A stretch of 63,854 nucleotides of DNA, the filler included, from an uncultured Methanosarcinales archaeon (GTDB lineage: Archaea; Nanobdellota; Nanobdellia; Woesearchaeales; CAYXTQ01), in assembly GCA_964608065.1 (NCBI GenBank). It is 4 parts of 4 records of this genome, joined end to end, with 100 filler letters (N's around TTAATTAATTAA, not from the genome) between each part and the next. Parts side by side here need not be neighbours in the genome. Positions count along the whole stretch, not along the records: positions 32,893 to 48,787 come from CAZSMA010000028.1; positions 48,888 to 63,854 come from CAZSMA010000032.1; 2 more parts are not named here. One strand, written 5' to 3'. A program made the translations under genes and the position numbers. This document shows, piece after piece, positions 40,031 through 50,875 of the stretch. The first letter of the stretch is position 1; each line of letters opens with the position of its first letter. The notes below the pieces were generated by a model. It did no database searches and was not told where the DNA came from. It was given only the letters and a program-made list of their open reading frames with translations.

Positions 40031-41172
40031 TTCTCTTTTAGAACCTTCTTATACAAAGCTTCTAATTGCTTGGCTATCTTCTCAGTAGAGAACTCTTTAG
40101 AATACGAATAATTAGTTTCCATCATTTTATGCCTTAATTTATCATCTTTAATCAACTTCAACAAATGCTTCCTCAAATGATTAGTATCCTTATAATCATA
40201 CAAATAACCATTTTTACCTTCTTCAATTAAGAAATTACCACCTTCTGTTGTAGTACTAATCACAGCATTATGCCTAGCCATAGCTTCAATAATAACAATA
40301 CCAAAAGCTTCCCACTCACTTGGTAACACAAAAATTTCAGAAACATCTAAACCAGCCAACCTTTCTTCATCATTAACACTTGCAAAAACAATATTTTTAC
40401 TTACATCTAAATCTTTAGCCAGTTTTTTCAAACGTTCCATATCACCTGAATCCTTACCCATAGCCAAAAAACAAATATTAGGGTTTGCTTTAACTAAATC
40501 GGGCAAAACTTTTACAACTTGATCTAAACCTTTATACTTTTGAATTCTACCTAAGTAACTTATCACTAACTTATTCTGTAAATTATACTTTTTCTTAAAA
40601 GCCTCAACATCAACTTTATTAAAAACTTCTTTTGGTATGCTATTAGGAATAAACTTAATCCTTTTTTTTCTAACACCCACTTTAGTCATCCATTTCCATT
40701 GTTCAGGATTAACTTGTACAACATCATCATACAGCATGTTAACAGGATATTCAAAGATTGTGTAAAAAACTTTTAAAATTTCTTGCCACCAAGGATACTT
40801 TTGCAAAGCCATGAATGGTCCATGTGGTGTATTAAGAATTTTAGTTTTAGAAAATGCTTTTTTTAGGAGCACTGCAATGTCTGCCATTATGAAACCAAAA
40901 CTTTGTATATGTAAGATATCAAGCTTATGCTTCATTACATTCCTTATCCAGCCAGGATTAAACTCTAAATAATATTTGTACTGGAAATAAGTTTTAGTTC
41001 TGTGTATATGCAATCCTTCTACAAGTTCTTCTTTTTTCCAATTATCTTTCAATGTAGTAAAAATATGAACTTCATGGCTCATTTTAGCTAACTCTCTAGC
41101 CTGATTAAAAGTAATAACTTCTCTTCCGCCAGTAGCTGGATAAAACGATGAAAGCAAAAATCCTATCTTCAT
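40027..41172 (-). CDS. Glycosyltransferase family 4
   Basis: TPHG, GRIQKYKG, EAFGIVIIEAM. Confidence 0.9.
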   Translation of the reverse strand: MKIGFLLSSFYPATGGREVITFNQARELAKMSHEVHIFTTLKDNWKKEELVEGLHIHRTKTYFQYKYYLEFNPGWIRNVMKHKLDILHIQSFGFIMADIAVLLKKAFSKTKILNTPHGPFMALQKYPWWQEILKVFYTIFEYPVNMLYDDVVQVNPEQWKWMTKVGVRKKRIKFIPNSIPKEVFNKVDVEAFKKKYNLQNKLVISYLGRIQKYKGLDQVVKVLPDLVKANPNICFLAMGKDSGDMERLKKLAKDLDVSKNIVFASVNDEERLAGLDVSEIFVLPSEWEAFGIVIIEAMARHNAVISTTTEGGNFLIEEGKNGYLYDYKDTNHLRKHLLKLIKDDKLRHKMMETNYSYSKEFSTEKIAKQLEALYKKVLKEN

Positions 41173-41204
41173 AAAGAAAAATTAGTTTTTAGATATTAAA
41201 AAGG

Positions 41205-42125
41205 TTATGAAATCCTTTTTCTAAAATATTCTAACATATCATTCAATGTCCGATTTATTGGTATCTGTGGACTCCACCTAGTCTCTCTAATCAATTTAGA
41301 ATTATCTCCTTGCATAACAGGTATATCTACTGGCCTAAATCTTTCAGGATCCAATTCTTTTTTTATTTGTTTAGAACTCATTGAAATAAGTAAATCTAAC
41401 ATTTCATTTAAAGATAATAAATTATTAGAACAAACATTGTAAACTTCATGTGCTTTACCTTTTTCTATTAGCAAAACATAAGCTTTTACAACATCTCTAA
41501 CATCAGAAAAATCTCTTTTTACATCTAAATTACCATGTTTAATAACAGGCTCTTGTAAACCTTTCTCAATCATTACTACTTGTTTTACAAATGAAGGAAA
41601 AACAAATTCAGGGTTTTGTCTAGGACCAGTATGATTAAAACTCCGAGCAATAATTATATCCAAATCTTTATACTGAGCAATAATTTTTTCTTGTTTTAAC
41701 CTAGACTCAGCATAAGGACTTCCTGGATTTAAAGGATGTTCTTCACCCATAGGAATTACTAAAGGTTTACCATAAATCTCAGAGGACGAAACTACTAAAA
41801 TTTTAGGATTTAAATTTAACTCAGTTATAATTTCTAAAAGATTTTTTGTACCTTGTGCATTAACAGACATTACCTTTTCAGGATTTTTCCAACTTTGCGC
41901 AACAGAACTAAATCCAGCTAAATGAAAAACTACATCTGGTTTAACTTCAGAAATAACTTTGTTAACAGACTCTTTATCTTCAACATCCATGTGATGATAT
42001 TCTACGCCTTCTAACTTTTCTTCAGATTCTAGTAAATAAGTACCATGAACATTAGCTTTACCAAAATAAAGTTCCGCTATATAAGGGCCAACAAAACCTT
42101 CAATCCCTGTTATTAGAACATTCAT
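41205..42125 (-). CDS. rmd: GDP-4-keto-6-deoxy-D-mannose reductase-like SDR
   Basis: [40 protein letters not shown]; directly downstream of gmd; YxxxK reads YAESR. Confidence 0.7.
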   Translation of the reverse strand: MNVLITGIEGFVGPYIAELYFGKANVHGTYLLESEEKLEGVEYHHMDVEDKESVNKVISEVKPDVVFHLAGFSSVAQSWKNPEKVMSVNAQGTKNLLEIITELNLNPKILVVSSSEIYGKPLVIPMGEEHPLNPGSPYAESRLKQEKIIAQYKDLDIIIARSFNHTGPRQNPEFVFPSFVKQVVMIEKGLQEPVIKHGNLDVKRDFSDVRDVVKAYVLLIEKGKAHEVYNVCSNNLLSLNEMLDLLISMSSKQIKKELDPERFRPVDIPVMQGDNSKLIRETRWSPQIPINRTLNDMLEYFRKRIS

Positions 42126-43092
42126 TTTTCAACTTCTTAATATCAGAATCTACCATCATTCCAACTAACTCTTTGAAAGTTACTTCTGGTTTCCATCCTA
42201 ATAAAGCTCTAGCTTTTGAATAATCTCCAACTAATAAGTCAACTTCAGCTGGTCTCATATACCTTGGATCAGTACCAACAAAATTTTGCCAATCACTAAT
42301 ACCAACATGATTAAATGCAGCATCAACAAATTCTCTTACACTATGAGTTTCACCTGTTGCAATAACAAAATCTTCAGGTTCATGATGGTTTAACATACCC
42401 CACATAGCTTTAACATAATCACCAGCATAACCCCAGTCACGCTTAGCATCCATGTTTCCTAATTTGAAACCATCTAATAATCCTAATTTGATTTTTGCAA
42501 CATTATAAGCAATCTTTCTTGTTACAAACTCCATCCCTCTTTTTGGACTTTCATGATTAAATAAAATCCCACTACATGCAAATAAATTATAACTTTCTCT
42601 ATAATTAATAGTAATCCAATGACCATACAACTTAGCAACTCCGTACGGACTTCTTGGATAAAAAGGAGTAGTTTCAGTTTGAGGTGTAGCTTGAACTTTA
42701 CCAAACATTTCACTGCTAGAAGCTTGATAAAATCTTGCTTTAGGAGCAACATGTCTCATTGCTTCCAACATTTTAGTTACACTAACACCAGTATAATCAG
42801 CAGTACCAACAGGATGATCCCATGATGCTTTAACATAAGACATAGAAGCCAAATTATAAATTTCATCTGCTTCAGACTTTTTTAAAGCTTCAATTAAAGA
42901 CAATTGATCAACCATATCACCGCTAATTAACTCAATTTTACCCTTATCTAACAAATGTTGAACTCTTTCTGTACTTTCAGTAGAAGTTCTTCTTATTAGA
43001 CCATAAACATTATACCCTTTTTTTAGCAATAATTCAGCTAAATAACCTCCATCTTGACCTGTGATTCCTGTAATTAAAGCAGTTTTAGACAT
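42100..43092 (-). CDS. gmd: GDP-mannose 4,6-dehydratase
   Basis: [47 protein letters not shown]. Confidence 0.96.
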   Translation of the reverse strand: MSKTALITGITGQDGGYLAELLLKKGYNVYGLIRRTSTESTERVQHLLDKGKIELISGDMVDQLSLIEALKKSEADEIYNLASMSYVKASWDHPVGTADYTGVSVTKMLEAMRHVAPKARFYQASSSEMFGKVQATPQTETTPFYPRSPYGVAKLYGHWITINYRESYNLFACSGILFNHESPKRGMEFVTRKIAYNVAKIKLGLLDGFKLGNMDAKRDWGYAGDYVKAMWGMLNHHEPEDFVIATGETHSVREFVDAAFNHVGISDWQNFVGTDPRYMRPAEVDLLVGDYSKARALLGWKPEVTFKELVGMMVDSDIKKLKNECSNNRD

Positions 43093-43209
43093 TTTAAAAA
43101 AAAGTTGTATTATATCATTTATAAATTTATTGAATAATTAGTCTTTTTTCTAGGACAAAGCTTTTAAATAAGTCTTATTTAATAAAAATTTACTAGTTAA
43201 GGTGAAAAT

Positions 43210-43869
43210 ATGAAGAAAACAGGGAATAAAAATTGGAATCTTCATTGGTTAAAATTAAACAAAAGTTTATTAGGAAATTTTTGTAGTTTTTATAGAAAAA
43301 ATATTATTGCAAATGCAGTTGCCTATTATTTAGATAAATATTTTCCAAGTGAAGGAACGTTTGTAGAATGTGGTTCTGGAACTTCTCAAACCACTATAAA
43401 ACTAAATAAACGAGATAGAAAAATTATTGCATTGGATATTGCCCCTTCAGCTTTAGAACTAGCAAAACAAGTAAAACAGGTTGATGAATGCGTTGTGGGT
43501 AACATTTTAAATTTGCCTTTTGAAGATTCATCTATTAATGGTGTTTGGAATTTAGGAGTTATGGAACATCTTACTGAAGATGAAATCAAAAAAGCTTTAT
43601 CTGAATTTTCAAGAGTTTTAAAAGAAGGAAATTATGCAGTTTTATTTTGGCCACCAAAAATAGGTCCTGTTAATATTACAATTACTATAATAGAAGCTAT
43701 TGCAAAAACATTTGGGAAAAAAATTGACTTATTTCCGGATGAAATTAATCTTTTATCTTCAAAAATTGATTTGAAAAAATTAGCTTTCGAATGTAATTTT
43801 TCTAAGGTAGAAGTAAAACGTTCTCTAAGAGATGCATTTACTCATGCAATTGTAATTTTTAAGAAATAA
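43210..43869 (+). CDS. Class I SAM-dependent methyltransferase
   Basis: ECGSG, LDIA, LPFED, MEH, RVLK. Confidence 0.85.
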   Translation: MKKTGNKNWNLHWLKLNKSLLGNFCSFYRKNIIANAVAYYLDKYFPSEGTFVECGSGTSQTTIKLNKRDRKIIALDIAPSALELAKQVKQVDECVVGNILNLPFEDSSINGVWNLGVMEHLTEDEIKKALSEFSRVLKEGNYAVLFWPPKIGPVNITITIIEAIAKTFGKKIDLFPDEINLLSSKIDLKKLAFECNFSKVEVKRSLRDAFTHAIVIFKK

Positions 43870-45804
43870 TTATTTAAAAATTAAATTCTTCAAATCATAA
43901 ACCCATGCTACTTCAATATCATGTTTAATTAGAATTCTATGATTAGGTTCATAAAAAGTTTTTAATTCTTCCACATAATCATCTTTATAATCTATTGTTG
44001 GATCCATTAAAAGATATCTTATTGTACGATTATTTGGTTTAAAATATTCTACTTTCTCTTTTACTGTTGGTAATCTCCCTATTTGTTGTTTAAATGATTC
44101 TCTAAAGATATAATGTAATTGTGATTGCTCAGGCATTACATAATAATAAACCATATGTGTTGATTCTAATGGATCAAATGTTTCATTAGGATTATCTGCT
44201 AAAAGTGTAGCCATGTACTCTCCCAATTGTGATTCTGCTAACCCTGTATAGGATTGATAAGGACAATTTATAAATTTGCACAAAACCTCATTGTTTTTAT
44301 TAAAATAAGGTGCATCTCCAAAAGCTAAGTAAGCTCCCAAAATAATATATATAATCATAATCACTAAGAAAATATTTCTTTTTTGTTTTATTTTAAAAAC
44401 ATTAAATACCGAATAAGATTTATCGGAGAATGTTAAAGCCATAATGAAAATTAATCCTAATCCTAACGAAATAAAAACTCTTAATAAATTCATTGCTCCA
44501 AATGAAAACAAGGCTACTAAGAAAAACAACATTAAGTAAAAAATAAATTTTTCTTTTGAATCTTTTTTCTTTCTTATAAGTTTAACAAAAATAAAAATTG
44601 AAAAAATAAAAACAAACAAATCAATAATATTTATACTAACAAAAAAATTATATAATCCCAAACTCCAAAAATGTTTATTAAACGCTAATGAACTATAGGG
44701 TGAACCTTTTGATACATCAACAGCACTATATTTTAGGATTACAAACCAAGCATTTTGTAATTTAAATTCTAAAGTAGGCAATAAAACTATAATATAAGTT
44801 ATTATTGAATAGATAATTACCTTGTAAAAATGGCAGGGATTTGTTTTTTGCTCTTTAATTTTATTAGCTATTTTTAATCCAAATTGTGAACTAATTTGTT
44901 TTATTAATTGTAATATCTCTCCATTATATTTATCAAGCAAGATTAAAAAAGAAAAACCAACATATAAAATCCCTGGAATCTTTGTTGCAAAGGCTAAAGC
45001 AAAAAAGCCCATTGACACACAGAAATTAATTAATTCTTGCCTGCTATATTTTTCCGAGATATAAGATTTCCATAAGAAAATTAATCCCACAGTTATAAAA
45101 GTATAAAGTATAACATCTATATGTAACATTCTACTAAACATTAATAAGAACTGGTAAAATGCAAAAAATGCAGATATAAATATTGTTGCATATTTATCTA
45201 ACAGCATTGATGCAAATAAAATTATTAACAAGAAAAAAGCAATCCCAAAGATATACATAGGTATTCTGCAATAATCTTCGGCTTTTGAAATATTAGCTAA
45301 TAACATCGGCCGGTTTGGAAAAAACATAGGCGTTATTTTAGTAACCTCAGAAAAATCTTGTCCCGACAACATACAACTTTTTCCTATCAAATAATTACCA
45401 AACGCAGTTTCACCTTGCCCAGATAAACCAGGATACTCTGTATGCGGATAAAACCAAAGTAAAGCAGTTGGTAATATGCTCATATCATCATTCCATAAAC
45501 CAGGTTCAGTTGGATAAACTACTCTTATAGTTAATCCTAAGATTACAATAATTATTAATAAAAACAAAAGCCACTTATCTTTCTTAATCTCAAAAAGTGT
45601 TTGGAATAAGTTAACTTTAGGCTTTTTTTGTTTTTTCAAAGAATAATACTTTTTTTCATCTTCAATATTCCTTTCAAGTTTCCCTTCATTTTTTAATTCT
45701 CTAAGAATTTCAATTAGTTTATCTTTTTCTAATTTAGTTATTTCAAAAAGTTCTGCAATTGTTCTTTTTTGTTCTAATAACTCTAAAATTCTCTCTTTAT
45801 CCAT
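43870..45804 (-). CDS. GT-C (PMT-like) membrane glycosyltransferase with an N-terminal wHTH-like domain
   Basis: LTIR...LWNDD, SRMLHID, ATK, ~12 TM; N-terminal RTIAELFEITKL...LRELKNEGKL...YYSL. Confidence 0.7.
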   Translation of the reverse strand: MDKERILELLEQKRTIAELFEITKLEKDKLIEILRELKNEGKLERNIEDEKKYYSLKKQKKPKVNLFQTLFEIKKDKWLLFLLIIIVILGLTIRVVYPTEPGLWNDDMSILPTALLWFYPHTEYPGLSGQGETAFGNYLIGKSCMLSGQDFSEVTKITPMFFPNRPMLLANISKAEDYCRIPMYIFGIAFFLLIILFASMLLDKYATIFISAFFAFYQFLLMFSRMLHIDVILYTFITVGLIFLWKSYISEKYSRQELINFCVSMGFFALAFATKIPGILYVGFSFLILLDKYNGEILQLIKQISSQFGLKIANKIKEQKTNPCHFYKVIIYSIITYIIVLLPTLEFKLQNAWFVILKYSAVDVSKGSPYSSLAFNKHFWSLGLYNFFVSINIIDLFVFIFSIFIFVKLIRKKKDSKEKFIFYLMLFFLVALFSFGAMNLLRVFISLGLGLIFIMALTFSDKSYSVFNVFKIKQKRNIFLVIMIIYIILGAYLAFGDAPYFNKNNEVLCKFINCPYQSYTGLAESQLGEYMATLLADNPNETFDPLESTHMVYYYVMPEQSQLHYIFRESFKQQIGRLPTVKEKVEYFKPNNRTIRYLLMDPTIDYKDDYVEELKTFYEPNHRILIKHDIEVAWVYDLKNLIFK

Positions 45805-45843
45805 TTTCAACACCAAAATAAAAGAACTATATAAACATTACCA

Positions 45844-47004
45844 CTATTTTTTATGTTCCTTTATGGCTTCTTCATACACTTTAAAAGTTCTATCAGTTAT
45901 AATGTCCCAGGTGTATTTCTTAGCTTTTTCTTTGTTGTTCTTAGCAATTTTATTTCTTAATTCTTTATCATCTAATAATTTAGTAATTTTTTCTATTAAA
46001 CCAGGTACATCTCCATACTTTACAAAGAAACCATTTTCAGGGTCATCCATTTCATAAGGTATGCCGTTTACAGGCGAGGCTACTATAGGCAATCCAGAAG
46101 CCATGGCTTCAAATAATGTTAACGGCAGACCTTCTCTGTAACTTGGCAAGCAGTATAAATCTGCAGCTTGATACATCTCTGCAATCTTATCTTTACCTCT
46201 GATTGGACCCAAGATTCTAATTTTATCTTGGTTTTTTAAAATTTCTACAACTTTAGCTTTCATACCTTCATCAGGTCCTAGGAATACGAAGTAAGTGTCT
46301 TTTCTTTGTTTAAGGATTTCTAAAGCAGCTTCAGCTAACTTGTCAACACCTTTTGTAGGATTTAATCTTCCAAAGAATAAAACTAGTTTAGCATCTTCAG
46401 GAATGTTATGCTTTTTTCTGAATTGATTGTTTTCAACTTTTTTGAATAAGATGTTATCCATACCATTAGGTATTACTGTAATTTTATTTTTTTTGCCACC
46501 ATGCTTTTGTATCTCTTTTAATTCCCAAGGTGTTATTGCAATAATCTTATCTGTCCATCTAAACATTAATGGAAGTAAAGTTGCGTACACTATTTTTGTT
46601 GCTACTTTTCCGAACCAAGATCTGAAACCTGTAGTCCAACAGCAGTGTGTTGTGTGTACATGGGGGATTTTCTTTAATCTTGATACTAATCCTGAGAATA
46701 AAACATAAGAGTGTCCTGACACATGTGAGTGTATTATATCAAAATCTTGTTTCATTAGTTTTCTTATTACAGAAGGCCAGAATGTTGCAAAGTTTGCTAT
46801 TGTAAACCAGTTATAACATCTGTGTATTTTTACACCGTCTATTGTTTCTTCTTTTTTCTTTATTCTTTTGTATTTATCACTATCAGAACAATATACATGC
46901 ACATCATGACCTTTTTTTGCTAATCTTGATGCTATTTCGTGTATTACTTGTCCTGGTCCATCTACTACAGGTAAATAATATGCTTGTGTAAAAGCAATCT
47001 TCAT
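45844..47004 (-). CDS. Glycosyltransferase family 4
   Basis: IPNG, GRLNPTKG, EGLPLTLFEAM. Confidence 0.9.
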   Translation of the reverse strand: MKIAFTQAYYLPVVDGPGQVIHEIASRLAKKGHDVHVYCSDSDKYKRIKKKEETIDGVKIHRCYNWFTIANFATFWPSVIRKLMKQDFDIIHSHVSGHSYVLFSGLVSRLKKIPHVHTTHCCWTTGFRSWFGKVATKIVYATLLPLMFRWTDKIIAITPWELKEIQKHGGKKNKITVIPNGMDNILFKKVENNQFRKKHNIPEDAKLVLFFGRLNPTKGVDKLAEAALEILKQRKDTYFVFLGPDEGMKAKVVEILKNQDKIRILGPIRGKDKIAEMYQAADLYCLPSYREGLPLTLFEAMASGLPIVASPVNGIPYEMDDPENGFFVKYGDVPGLIEKITKLLDDKELRNKIAKNNKEKAKKYTWDIITDRTFKVYEEAIKEHKK

Positions 47005-47128
47005 AGTTTTTATTATTTTTATTTGGTTTTTAATGTTTATGGATTTGTAGAGGTTTAGTTGTTAGCTTTAGGTTGTTTAATGAGAATTCAAACTTTGTTC
47101 GCAGAGGCAAAGTTTAAACTTTATACCT

Positions 47129-47228
47129 NNNNNNNNNNNNNNNNNNNNNNNNNNNNNNNNNNNNNNNNNNNNNNNNNNNNNNNNNNNNNNNNNNNNNNNN
47201 NNNNNNNNNNNNNNNNNNNNNNNNNNNN
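47129..47228. other. Scaffold gap (100 N, no linker)
   Basis: Run of Ns interrupting the C-terminus of the radical SAM gene. Confidence 0.95.
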
Positions 47229-48451
47229 AAATCAAAAGCAGAATCTTTCTTAGTTTTAATAACACCATCCTTAATAGCTTGCTCATACAAAGGAGTGCCT
47301 AAGAAAAATACTAAATTATTAACAGACAAGAAATAAGGTTTAGGAATTTCCATTAAAAGTTTAATACTATCCAAAACATCTTCTTTTTCTTCATAAGGAT
47401 TAGTTGTAATCATATCATACATTACTGCTAAATTCTTAAACTTGTTAACAATCTTAGCAGCATCAACAACTTGTGAACGTTTAATGTAACGCTTGTAAAC
47501 TTCTAAATTAACTCTATTACTACCTGATTGTATACCTATTATAATGTCTGTCAATCCAGCATCAACTAATAATTTTAATTTGTCATAATCCATAGTTGTA
47601 GGATCAGCCAAGCACTTGAACCGCATTCCAACTTCTTTTTTGTAGCAATCAGCAAACTCTTTTATTTCTTCTAAAGGACGAGCTAACAAAGTTTCATCAC
47701 GAATATCAAAAAAACCTACAGTCTTAAACCTAGACTTCAACCTTTTCAACTCTTTAATTACATAATTAACAGAATATCTACGAAGCAATTTACCTTTGCC
47801 TCTGTAAAGTTGACGATACAAATGATTGCTACAATAAGTACATGCATTACAACAACCGCGGGTAGTCATAAAAAATATCATACCATTCAAATGTCTTTCA
47901 AGAAACCGAACCAACTTACCTTTCTCTAAAATGTAATGGTTCTCTAAATCATAATCAGGATGTTCAAAGCAATCTAAACAATCAGGCATCTTACCAATAT
48001 CATTCTTAATAATTTTAGAACCTTTCTTAAACCAAAAATTAGGAATATCAAAATAATCTTTACCTTTATCAATTCTTGAAGCTAACTCAACCATAGCATC
48101 TTCACATTCTCCACGCCCCACTATATCACAAACTTCAATACACTTGTCAGGAGAAATAGTAGCATGCGGACCGCCATAAGCTATAGGAATATCCCATTTC
48201 TTCAATACACTAATTACTTGCTCAGCCCTAACAGAAGTAGAAGCATAAGCAGAAACACCAATTAACTTAGCATTAGAACAAAGTTTAGACAAATGATTCA
48301 AAACTTTATCAGAATATTTTAAAGTATAATCTTCAGCCATAGGTAAGAAAATTATCTTAACTTTATGCCCTGCTCGTTTCAAACAACTAGATATAGTTCT
48401 TAAACCCTGGTCACTAGGATACGTAGATGTTGAAATTAATACTATTTTCAT
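47229..48451 (-). CDS. B12-binding radical SAM protein (C-terminus in the gap)
   Basis: GGPHAT, GECE, TRGCCNACTYC, GIQSGS, GTPL. Confidence 0.88.
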
Positions 48452-48536
48452 CAGCTTAAAGAGAAACCAACTATTTAAAAGCATTATGAATAAATTATCA
48501 AAAACTATTTAAATAAATCATCTAACAATAACTAGA

Positions 48537-48787
48537 ATGGAAGATTTTGAAGAAAAAAGAGATGAATTCCAAGAAGATTCTGTAGAAGATAAACCATTAG
48601 ACTTAGCTGAGATTAAAAAGAGAAAAGATGAATTAATCAAAAAAGCCAAAGAAAAGAAAAATTGGTTAATTTACGGAGCAATGTTAATTATTGCATGGTT
48701 TGGTTATCATATTAGAACAAGAAATGTTCCATTATTACAAGGAAAATGGCTTCCAGATGTTGACAGTTATGCTTTCTTAAGATATGC
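48537..48787 (+). CDS. aglB: Oligosaccharyltransferase AglB/STT3, N-terminus only
   Basis: TM ending YHIR, then DVDSYAFLRY (first-loop DxD-x-Y...R motif); glycosylation context. Confidence 0.6.
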
Positions 48788-48887
48788 NNNNNNNNNNNNN
48801 NNNNNNNNNNNNNNNNNNNNNNNNNNNNNNNTTAATTAATTAANNNNNNNNNNNNNNNNNNNNNNNNNNNNNNNNNNNNNNNNNNNN
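48788..48887. other. Artificial contig linker
   Basis: N-TTAATTAATTAA-N. Confidence 0.98.
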
Positions 48888-48953
48888 ATACTTTTAAATA
48901 CTCTTTCTCAAACACGAAACATAAATATAAATTAAATAAAGGTGAGATAAAAT

Positions 48954-49298
48954 ATGGAAAGAGACGGTTTCAGACCTAGGGGACAAGGATTTTCACCCCC
49001 TGTACAGGTCGGTGATGAAATAGACGTGAAAATCGAAGCTGTAGGAGAAAAAGGAGACGGAATAGCAAAGAAAGACGGTTTTGTCTTGTTTGTCCCAGGA
49101 GTTAATGAAGGAGATGAAGTAAAGATAAAAATAACCAAAGTGTTAAGAAGAGTAGGATTTGCAGAAGTTGTTGGCAAAGGTGCTCAAGCATCAGAAGAAG
49201 CACCAGCTGAACAGGATTCTGAAGAACCAGAAGAACCTGCTGAACCAGAAGAAACTCCTGAAGATTCAGAAGACTTTGGCGAAGAAGAAGATAAATAA
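48954..49298 (+). CDS. Archaeal single-TRAM-domain RNA-binding protein with acidic tail
   Basis: PVQVGDEIDVKIEAVGEKGDGIAK..GFVLFVP...GD.V...ITKV....GFAEVV; SD AGGTGA. Confidence 0.92.
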   Translation: MERDGFRPRGQGFSPPVQVGDEIDVKIEAVGEKGDGIAKKDGFVLFVPGVNEGDEVKIKITKVLRRVGFAEVVGKGAQASEEAPAEQDSEEPEEPAEPEETPEDSEDFGEEEDK

Positions 49299-49325
49299 GG
49301 ATAAGGTTTTGACTTTATTCTAATG

Positions 49326-49357
49326 TTTTTTTTTTTATTTTTTGAAATTTTTTTTTT
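49326..49357 (+). terminator. Oligo-T terminator after the TRAM gene
   Basis: Successive T-runs downstream of the stop codon. Confidence 0.55.
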
Positions 49358-49395
49358 GAAATAATTTATATAGTTTCAATATTTCTCAAAAATAT

Positions 49396-49917
49396 ATGAG
49401 GACATTCATAGCTATAGAATTCAAACCACTTGAACATTACTTTAAAGACTTGCAAAAACAAATATCAACAGATTTAGCTAAGATAAAAGTCACAGATTCA
49501 TTCCATTTAACTTTAAAATTCTTAGGAGAAACATCTGAAGAACAAATTGAAAAAACAAAACAACTATTATCTGAAATAAAACTAAAACCATTTACAGTTG
49601 AGATCAACAATCTAGGAGTTTTCCCAACAGAAGATTACATAAGGGTTGTATGGGTTGGATTAGAAGATAATTTAGAAGTCATCCAATTACAGCAAAAGAT
49701 AGAATCTAAACTAGAGCCTTTGTTCAAAAAAGAGAAAAGATTCCATCCACATATAACCTTAGCTAGAGTCAAATTCGTCAAAGACAAAGAAGAATTCATA
49801 CAATCTATAAAAGAAATAAACATAGAACCTAAAACCTTTGAAATAACCAATTTCAAACTAATTAAATCAACTTTAACTTCTGAAGGACCAGTTTATGAAG
49901 AATTAGCTAGTTTCTAA
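49396..49917 (+). CDS. thpR: RNA 2',3'-cyclic phosphodiesterase (2H family)
   Basis: MRTFIAI, HLTLKFLG, HPHITLAR, GPVY. Confidence 0.93.
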   Translation: MRTFIAIEFKPLEHYFKDLQKQISTDLAKIKVTDSFHLTLKFLGETSEEQIEKTKQLLSEIKLKPFTVEINNLGVFPTEDYIRVVWVGLEDNLEVIQLQQKIESKLEPLFKKEKRFHPHITLARVKFVKDKEEFIQSIKEINIEPKTFEITNFKLIKSTLTSEGPVYEELASF

Positions 49918-50036
49918 AACCGTCACATTTATAAACAATTTACAATTCTCACATACTAAAGCCAACAATAACAACTAGCTAAAGTTGTTATAAATGCTGC
50001 ATGAGGCAAAAAATAACTGCAGCGGAGACAATAACA

Positions 50037-50636
50037 ATGGCAGACGAAAAATTTTTAGTACCTTCAGACCAATATCTTAAAGCTGGAATCCATATTGGAA
50101 CAAAGTTCAGGACAAAATACATGGAACAGTTTATTTACAAAACCCGTCCTGATGGTTTATCAGTTTTAAACTTACAAAAAATAGATGAAAGAATAAAATT
50201 AGCAGCTAACTTACTGGCTCAATACGCTCCAGAAGATATATTAATAGTAAGCAGAAGAGAAAATGGATGGAAAGCAGTGAAAGCTTTTGGAAAAATAATA
50301 GGATGCAAATTCTTTGCCGGAAGATATCCTCCAGGAATTCTAACAAACCCTGAATTAAACCACTATATTGAACCAAAAATAATCTTAGTTACAGATTCAT
50401 GGCCAGACAGAAACGCAATAATGGACGCAATCAAAGTTGGCATCCCTGTAGTAGCTTTATGCGACACAAACAACCAGGCAAATTATATTGATTTAGTTGT
50501 TCCATTAAACAACAAAGGTAAGAAAGCCTTGGGCTTATTTTTCTGGATATTAGCAAGAGAATACCTAAAATCAAAACAAGTAATAACATCTGACAAAGAC
50601 TTCAAAGGAAAAATAGACGACTTTACAGAAGAATAG
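50037..50636 (+). CDS. rps2: 30S ribosomal protein uS2
   Basis: YLKAGIHIGT, GRYPPG.LTNP, EP, IPVVALCDT, P.NNKG. Confidence 0.95.
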   Translation: MADEKFLVPSDQYLKAGIHIGTKFRTKYMEQFIYKTRPDGLSVLNLQKIDERIKLAANLLAQYAPEDILIVSRRENGWKAVKAFGKIIGCKFFAGRYPPGILTNPELNHYIEPKIILVTDSWPDRNAIMDAIKVGIPVVALCDTNNQANYIDLVVPLNNKGKKALGLFFWILAREYLKSKQVITSDKDFKGKIDDFTEE

Positions 50637-50875
50637 TTTTTTTTTTATTTTCTTTCGTTTTTTAATCTTTTATTATTATAATATTGATTTTTTATTGATT
50701 TCTTAATATTGTTCAAGATACATATTTATTTATTATTAGACGGTTTTATTTATTTATTGAATACTTATTATTGATTTTGAGTATAGTATTTTGTAACTAC
50801 TATGTATTCATAACATTTATATAGTTCAAAAACTTATTGTCTAAACTGGGTGGTATTATCGGAGAATTAGAGGAT

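Noticed and set aside
47059..47286. ORFs spanning the N gap
   Set aside because: Artefacts of reading through Ns; the true end of the radical SAM gene is unknown
50637..50820. AT-rich spacer with recurring tattga, considered as an origin or iteron array
   Set aside because: Irregular spacing, no ORB-like box, no cdc6/orc1 nearby; explained by composition and the rps2 terminator
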